From a virus (Duplodnaviria > Caudoviricetes): a DNA stretch of 64,000 bases. This document shows, in pieces, positions 59,462 to 64,000 of the stretch. The stretch is from IMG/VR virus record IMGVR_UViG_3300028833_000068, positions 32,001 to 96,000 of that record, one strand, 5' to 3'. The position numbers and the translations under genes were made by a program. Each line of letters begins with the position of its first letter. Positions within the stretch are counted from its first letter, which is position 1. The notes beneath the pieces are model-generated. The model saw only the letters and a program-made list of their open reading frames with translations, was not told where the DNA came from and did no database searches.

Positions 59462-60157
59462 TCATTTCTTTGTTAAATCAAATGTGGCTGAAACGCCTAC
59501 CATTAATCCAAACTGTTTATTCATAATGTCATATCCTCCAGTAACTGCTGGTCCTATTGCCATTCTATCCCATACTGTCCTTTTTTGTTTCTTATGGAAC
59601 ATTGTAACATCAGATATTGTGCCACCATTGTTGCTTCCAATTGTTGCGTGATTCATTCCATTTTCTTCTTTATTTACAATTGTAAACTTATTCTTAACCT
59701 TTGCTTGGATTGAATACCATTTTGGTTCTGTATATGAATTCACGTTTAACTTATATTGAAATGTATCGTTTGGTTCACTTGTATATTCATATGTCCTAGC
59801 CACTTGAGGAATAGTAATTGGAATTGTATCATAAACCGTACTATCCTTTATGTTTGGTTTAGTGGTAACATTGCCTGTATTATAGTCTTTTTGGTGTGTA
59901 AATTGGATTACATAATCGAGTTTATCCTTATATTTCTTCAAAGAATCATATAATTCAGCATTTTCCTTTTTTAAAGCAGAGAAAGCTTTACTATAATAAA
60001 TCTTGTTATAATTATTCAAACTATCATAGTATTCAACTTCTTCTATAAGTTTTTGTGATGACTTATATTGCCTATTAGAATACCATAATAATCCGCACGT
60101 AATTAAGAATAAAACTAAAACAATATAGAAACATTTTTGTTTAGTAAATTTCTCCAT
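59462..60157 (-). CDS. putative spanin-like protein
   Basis: N-terminal TM, coiled coil, C-terminal amphipathic beta hairpin; adjacent to the holin-like gene. Confidence 0.45.
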   Translation of the reverse strand: MEKFTKQKCFYIVLVLFLITCGLLWYSNRQYKSSQKLIEEVEYYDSLNNYNKIYYSKAFSALKKENAELYDSLKKYKDKLDYVIQFTHQKDYNTGNVTTKPNIKDSTVYDTIPITIPQVARTYEYTSEPNDTFQYKLNVNSYTEPKWYSIQAKVKNKFTIVNKEENGMNHATIGSNNGGTISDVTMFHKKQKRTVWDRMAIGPAVTGGYDIMNKQFGLMVGVSATFDLTKK

Positions 60158-60158
60158 A

Positions 60159-60920
60159 TTACTTTCTCCTATGCTTTAATTGTGCCTTCAAATCAAGAAG
60201 TTCACTTAGTTTACCACCGCATTCTCTCATCTTTTCCTCAATCAACTTATCATCTGGTAAATTTCCACTCTTATGAAAAGATACACCCAAGAATCCTAAA
60301 GGTTCTTCAATACCATTAAGGAATACTATTGATACATATTCTCCACCATCTTCTTTTAATTGTTTTGCAAAGTCATAATCGATTTTTTCAATGTCATCAG
60401 AAGTCCCAATGAAGAACTTATGCTTATACATATAGTTTGGATATGCATACATGTTCAAAGGAACATCTTGATACTTTTTATAGCATCTATTAACTCCTTT
60501 TTCTCTATTGGCAAATTCATATGACATATCTGCATATCTAAATGGTAATCCACTGATATTCTTCTTACCATTATGCAACTCGAATATGAATACTCTGTCT
60601 GCGTCTAGAGTATATAAAAGAGCACCAAGTAAATGTTGAACTTGTGGTGTAACAATAAAATCCCTTATATCTTCTTCTGTTGTGTCATCTGCAATTTTCT
60701 CAGCAGTTTTGGACAAAAATACCTCATTCTTAACAATATTATATGTGAAGAAACCAGCTAAACTTGTGGCTAGAAAGAAAAACATAACGAAATAAACTTT
60801 TAAAATCTTTGTCCACTTTGCATTTGCAATTGTTGATGTCAACCATTTTGCAGCTTGAATATGGATTGGTTCTTTTTTACCACTAGGATTTATATTAATA
60901 TTTACATCTTTGTTTTTCAT
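60159..60920 (-). CDS. T4 T-like holin (single TM plus GAF-like domain)
   Basis: TM at about aa 40-60; DADRVFIFELHNG...SGLPFRYADMSYE; PLGFLGVSF. Confidence 0.6.
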   Translation of the reverse strand: MKNKDVNININPSGKKEPIHIQAAKWLTSTIANAKWTKILKVYFVMFFFLATSLAGFFTYNIVKNEVFLSKTAEKIADDTTEEDIRDFIVTPQVQHLLGALLYTLDADRVFIFELHNGKKNISGLPFRYADMSYEFANREKGVNRCYKKYQDVPLNMYAYPNYMYKHKFFIGTSDDIEKIDYDFAKQLKEDGGEYVSIVFLNGIEEPLGFLGVSFHKSGNLPDDKLIEEKMRECGGKLSELLDLKAQLKHRRK

Positions 60921-60952
60921 TTCTACTATTATATATTAATTAAATCTTGTTA

Positions 60953-61774
60953 TTAATCCATTAACTTTCTAGCCTTTTTGACCATATCAGAGAACTCATT
61001 GTTTTCTTGGATTCTAAAACTAGCTGTTGATGTCTTTGCTTCAACACTCTTATAACCCCAAAGTTGCTTCATTCTCTCCTTCTGCTCATTAACCAAAGTC
61101 ATATTCACTTTCTTAGTTACCATTGGCTCTTTTTTATGCCATTCTACCAAGTATTGGTTATCTGAACTATCCTTCATAATAAATTTATTGCCTTCAGTCT
61201 TATACTCATCTGGTATTCTTGTCATCATATGTCCTTCAGAAAGGAACTGAGTATTCTTAAAGGTTAACATCTTGATTTTCTTTGACTCTCCCATTGTTTC
61301 TCTTTGTTTTTCTACTTCATTTTTATTTAATTCACGTCCTGTTAGACCAATTTCAACTGCTGCATCCTTGCCTTTCTTCACAGCTTCAGCATGGTCTTTT
61401 GCTGCATCATAAATCTTACCATCCTTATCAAAGTCTGCGTTTCCAAACTCATCATTCTTGTGCTTATCCTCAGCATCCTTTGAAACATATCCCTTCATCT
61501 GGGACTTAACTCTGTCCTTAAATGGCTTATTGATGTTGTCATACTCCAAGTCATGCATCCCCTTATTGTCAGTAGCATTAATTCCGCCACTAACCTTTTG
61601 GGTTTTGCTTGTCAAACCTCCATCGTACTTTTCAGTTTCTTTCTTGATGTCACTGTAGGCTTTCCTATTAATTTCTGCTGATTCCTTATTACCAAATTGA
61701 ACAGGTTTGAATTCATTCTTGGTCTCTTCGTTTAGAATCCTTCTTAATTCTCCTACGCTAATAGTTGTTATCAT
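60953..61774 (-). CDS. charged putative internal head/core protein
   Basis: ELRRILNEE N-terminus; repeated hydrophobic-x-E sites; VNEQKERMKQL. Confidence 0.55.
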   Translation of the reverse strand: MITTISVGELRRILNEETKNEFKPVQFGNKESAEINRKAYSDIKKETEKYDGGLTSKTQKVSGGINATDNKGMHDLEYDNINKPFKDRVKSQMKGYVSKDAEDKHKNDEFGNADFDKDGKIYDAAKDHAEAVKKGKDAAVEIGLTGRELNKNEVEKQRETMGESKKIKMLTFKNTQFLSEGHMMTRIPDEYKTEGNKFIMKDSSDNQYLVEWHKKEPMVTKKVNMTLVNEQKERMKQLWGYKSVEAKTSTASFRIQENNEFSDMVKKARKLMD

Positions 61775-61787
61775 ATCTTTTTTATTT

Positions 61788-61934
61788 TTAAAATTGATTT
61801 ATGTATAATCCTCTTAACATCTGCTCAAACATGAGCCTTGTTTGTTCTTTACCACTAATTTTTTCTTCGTGAAGTTTATCATCAATTTCACGAACCTTCT
61901 TAATGGTATCTGCATTTGCTTCGTAATCTATCAT
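61788..61934 (-). CDS. small hypothetical protein, 48 aa (MIDYEANADTIKK...)
   Basis: Manual translation; fills the gap. Confidence 0.55.
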   Translation of the reverse strand: MIDYEANADTIKKVREIDDKLHEEKISGKEQTRLMFEQMLRGLYINQF

Positions 61935-61937
61935 AGT

Positions 61938-62264
61938 TTACTTCTGTCTATTCATTGAGATTGAACCACCTCTTTCTAAAGCTGGTTTCATATCAACTTG
62001 ATTTGTCTTTGCTTGGGTAACATCACCAAGATTATGCTTTTGCCTCATAATTGGTTCTTTCCAAGGGTTTCCTCCCACTCCTTTTTTTTTGTTCTTTCCA
62101 CTAAAAGCAGGATATGCAACACCACCAGATGAATCTGAATTACCAACCATAAGTCCAGCACTATTGGTAGCACCATCACCACCTTCTTCTTGTAATATCC
62201 TATTCACAGCTTCTGCAACAATCTGATGCAAATCGCTCTCTGTTAATCTTATAATCTTTTTCAT
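61938..62264 (-). CDS. MKKIIRLTESDL-leader protein (Gly-rich cargo)
   Basis: Shared leader. Confidence 0.8.
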   Translation of the reverse strand: MKKIIRLTESDLHQIVAEAVNRILQEEGGDGATNSAGLMVGNSDSSGGVAYPAFSGKNKKKGVGGNPWKEPIMRQKHNLGDVTQAKTNQVDMKPALERGGSISMNRQK

Positions 62265-62267
62265 AAT

Positions 62268-62621
62268 TTAAAATAAATTATTAATTACCGTACCAATTGC
62301 TTCCTCTTGGTCACAATCATTTTCACTCCAATATTTACATATTTGATTTATTAATTCATCTGCCTCATCACCTTGCAAGAAATAATCCTCACCTTGTTCA
62401 CCTTCTATTGATATATATGACATGCTTGTGTTTATCTCAACGTGATAATAACCATCACAAACATCAAATTTGCCATTCATATAAGAAGCATCACCATTAA
62501 GATATGGATTATAATCACTTGACAAATCCATTGGGTCGTTAAACTCCTTCAATATTCTTTTGACAGATTCATTAACAATATTACGTAAATCACTCTCCGT
62601 TAATCTTATAATTTTCTTCAT
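62268..62621 (-). CDS. MKKIIRLTESDL-leader protein (acidic cargo)
   Basis: Shared leader; upstream TATTTAT-N4-AAATAG at 62634-62650. Confidence 0.8.
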   Translation of the reverse strand: MKKIIRLTESDLRNIVNESVKRILKEFNDPMDLSSDYNPYLNGDASYMNGKFDVCDGYYHVEINTSMSYISIEGEQGEDYFLQGDEADELINQICKYWSENDCDQEEAIGTVINNLF

Positions 62622-62720
62622 ATATCTAGACAGCTATTTACATATAAATATTCCATTTATGTTAAAATTGTTAAATCTCTTGGTTATTTATTGGAAATTT
62701 AGTATATTTACAAAAAAAAT

Positions 62721-63137
62721 ATGATAGCAGATTATAACACAATGCCAAGAATGTTTAGCGAATGTAATAAGAAATATTTCAATCGTGAACTTCCAATGCC
62801 AAAATTTGGTTTAATTAATAAAACTAGTATTTTGGCAAGATTTGAATTCTTCAAAGAAAAAGAAGGGGAGAAAATCAAACATAAAAAGATTTTGTTTTCT
62901 GATTGTTTTGACTTTGAAAATAGCGTTTTTGAGAATCTTATGGTACACGAGATGATTCACTATTATCTTGCTTGGAATGGAATTAAAAATCCTACAGAGC
63001 ATAATAAAGAATTTATGGATATTGCCAATAAATTAAATGCTGAATATGGTTTAAATATTACAAAAAAAGTAGATGCATCCTCATTCAAAAAGACTGAAAA
63101 TGCACCTAAAAGTATATTTAAAATCCTATTTGGGTAA
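62721..63137 (+). CDS. SprT-like zinc metalloprotease
   Basis: NKKYFNRELP, LMVHEMIH, EHNKEF. Confidence 0.85.
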   Translation: MIADYNTMPRMFSECNKKYFNRELPMPKFGLINKTSILARFEFFKEKEGEKIKHKKILFSDCFDFENSVFENLMVHEMIHYYLAWNGIKNPTEHNKEFMDIANKLNAEYGLNITKKVDASSFKKTENAPKSIFKILFG

Positions 63138-63138
63138 A

Positions 63139-63651
63139 TTAAGCACCAACTGTTTGATTTTTCCAAGCATTAAAGTTTGCGCTAGAACGTCCACCAGCAC
63201 TATTAAGTTGATTAATACAACTTTGAACTGCTTTAATTGTTGTTGCGCCAGCTACTCCAGGAGTTCTTTGTGCTTGTTGTAAGAAATTATTTAATGCTTT
63301 AATCGCATTGTTTTTTGCTGACTGAATATTTGTATTTGCTGCTCCAGCCTTAACTGTATTACCAACATTATAGGCTGTTTGTCTTGCAGTATCATATGCT
63401 TGACCAACCTTGTTCGCAGCAGTGTTATAAGCATTACCAATTGCTTGTCCAGCTCTATTCATTGCACCACTAGCTGCATTCATGGCATTGCCACCAAATT
63501 TCTGCATACCACGTCCAGCCATTTGTCCTAATGCTTGAGCACCTCCCTTAAAAGAATCCCAAAAGCCTTCTTGAATCATATAGTTTCTAACAGCATCCTC
63601 AACAAGGAAATGAAGGTCTTGTTCTGTTAATTGAATTTGTTTATTATTCAT
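63139..63651 (-). CDS. leader-bearing Gly/Ala-rich amphipathic protein
   Basis: IQLTEQDLHFLVEDAV...IQE-GFWDSFKGGAQALG; 11-mer-like helical repeats. Confidence 0.75.
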   Translation of the reverse strand: MNNKQIQLTEQDLHFLVEDAVRNYMIQEGFWDSFKGGAQALGQMAGRGMQKFGGNAMNAASGAMNRAGQAIGNAYNTAANKVGQAYDTARQTAYNVGNTVKAGAANTNIQSAKNNAIKALNNFLQQAQRTPGVAGATTIKAVQSCINQLNSAGGRSSANFNAWKNQTVGA

Positions 63652-64000
63652 ATTTATTTTTTCTTAATTTTATAGATTATTTTTCCATTTTTCTTATTAC
63701 CCTTAAACTGATAAGGATTATCTTCTTCTTGTTTCTTGGCTTCCATCATGGCAACTTCACCATAGTTATCAAATTCAAAGTCTATCATAATTATTTAGTT
63801 TTTTCGTCTATTATTTCAGAAATTATTGCCATTTTATAAGGTTCAACATCCTTTGTTTCCATTGGATAAATCTCAAGATATTCGTGGTCTTCAAGAGTTC
63901 TTACAATATTTTTCATAATTAAATTGAATTATATAATTTTCTTATTCTTTCCTTTAATGGGTTATTCATCCTCTTTGGGTTCTTAATTGCTGCCTTAACG

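Overview
AT-rich, gene-dense 64-kb segment of a large contractile-tailed (T4-like/jumbo myovirus-type) phage, read in the standard genetic code and almost entirely on the minus strand. The host is probably Bacteroidota: about 12 copies of the TTTG-N19-21-TAnnTTTG promoter and a BACON-like repeat protein are present. Left to right: partial divergent dnaK with a sigma54 promoter and enhancer-like palindromes; small accessory genes; a Cys-rich BACON-like repeat gene split by a frameshift; an SbcD-like nuclease; a 22-kb baseplate/tail block; an nrdD-HNH-FTR-nrdG module; DnaB-like helicase; 5'-3' exonuclease; SLOG; GP88-like protein; neck protein; homing endonucleases; three tRNAs; ClpP; vWA; RmlC; holin/spanin-like genes; SprT. 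Best candidate for an undescribed system: a shared N-terminal leader (MKKIIRLTESDL...[IV]L[QK]E) on unrelated proteins, preceded by a TATTTAT-N4/5-AAATA(G) element, consistent with a capsid-loading signal for injected cargo. All calls come from motif recognition; no database searches were run.
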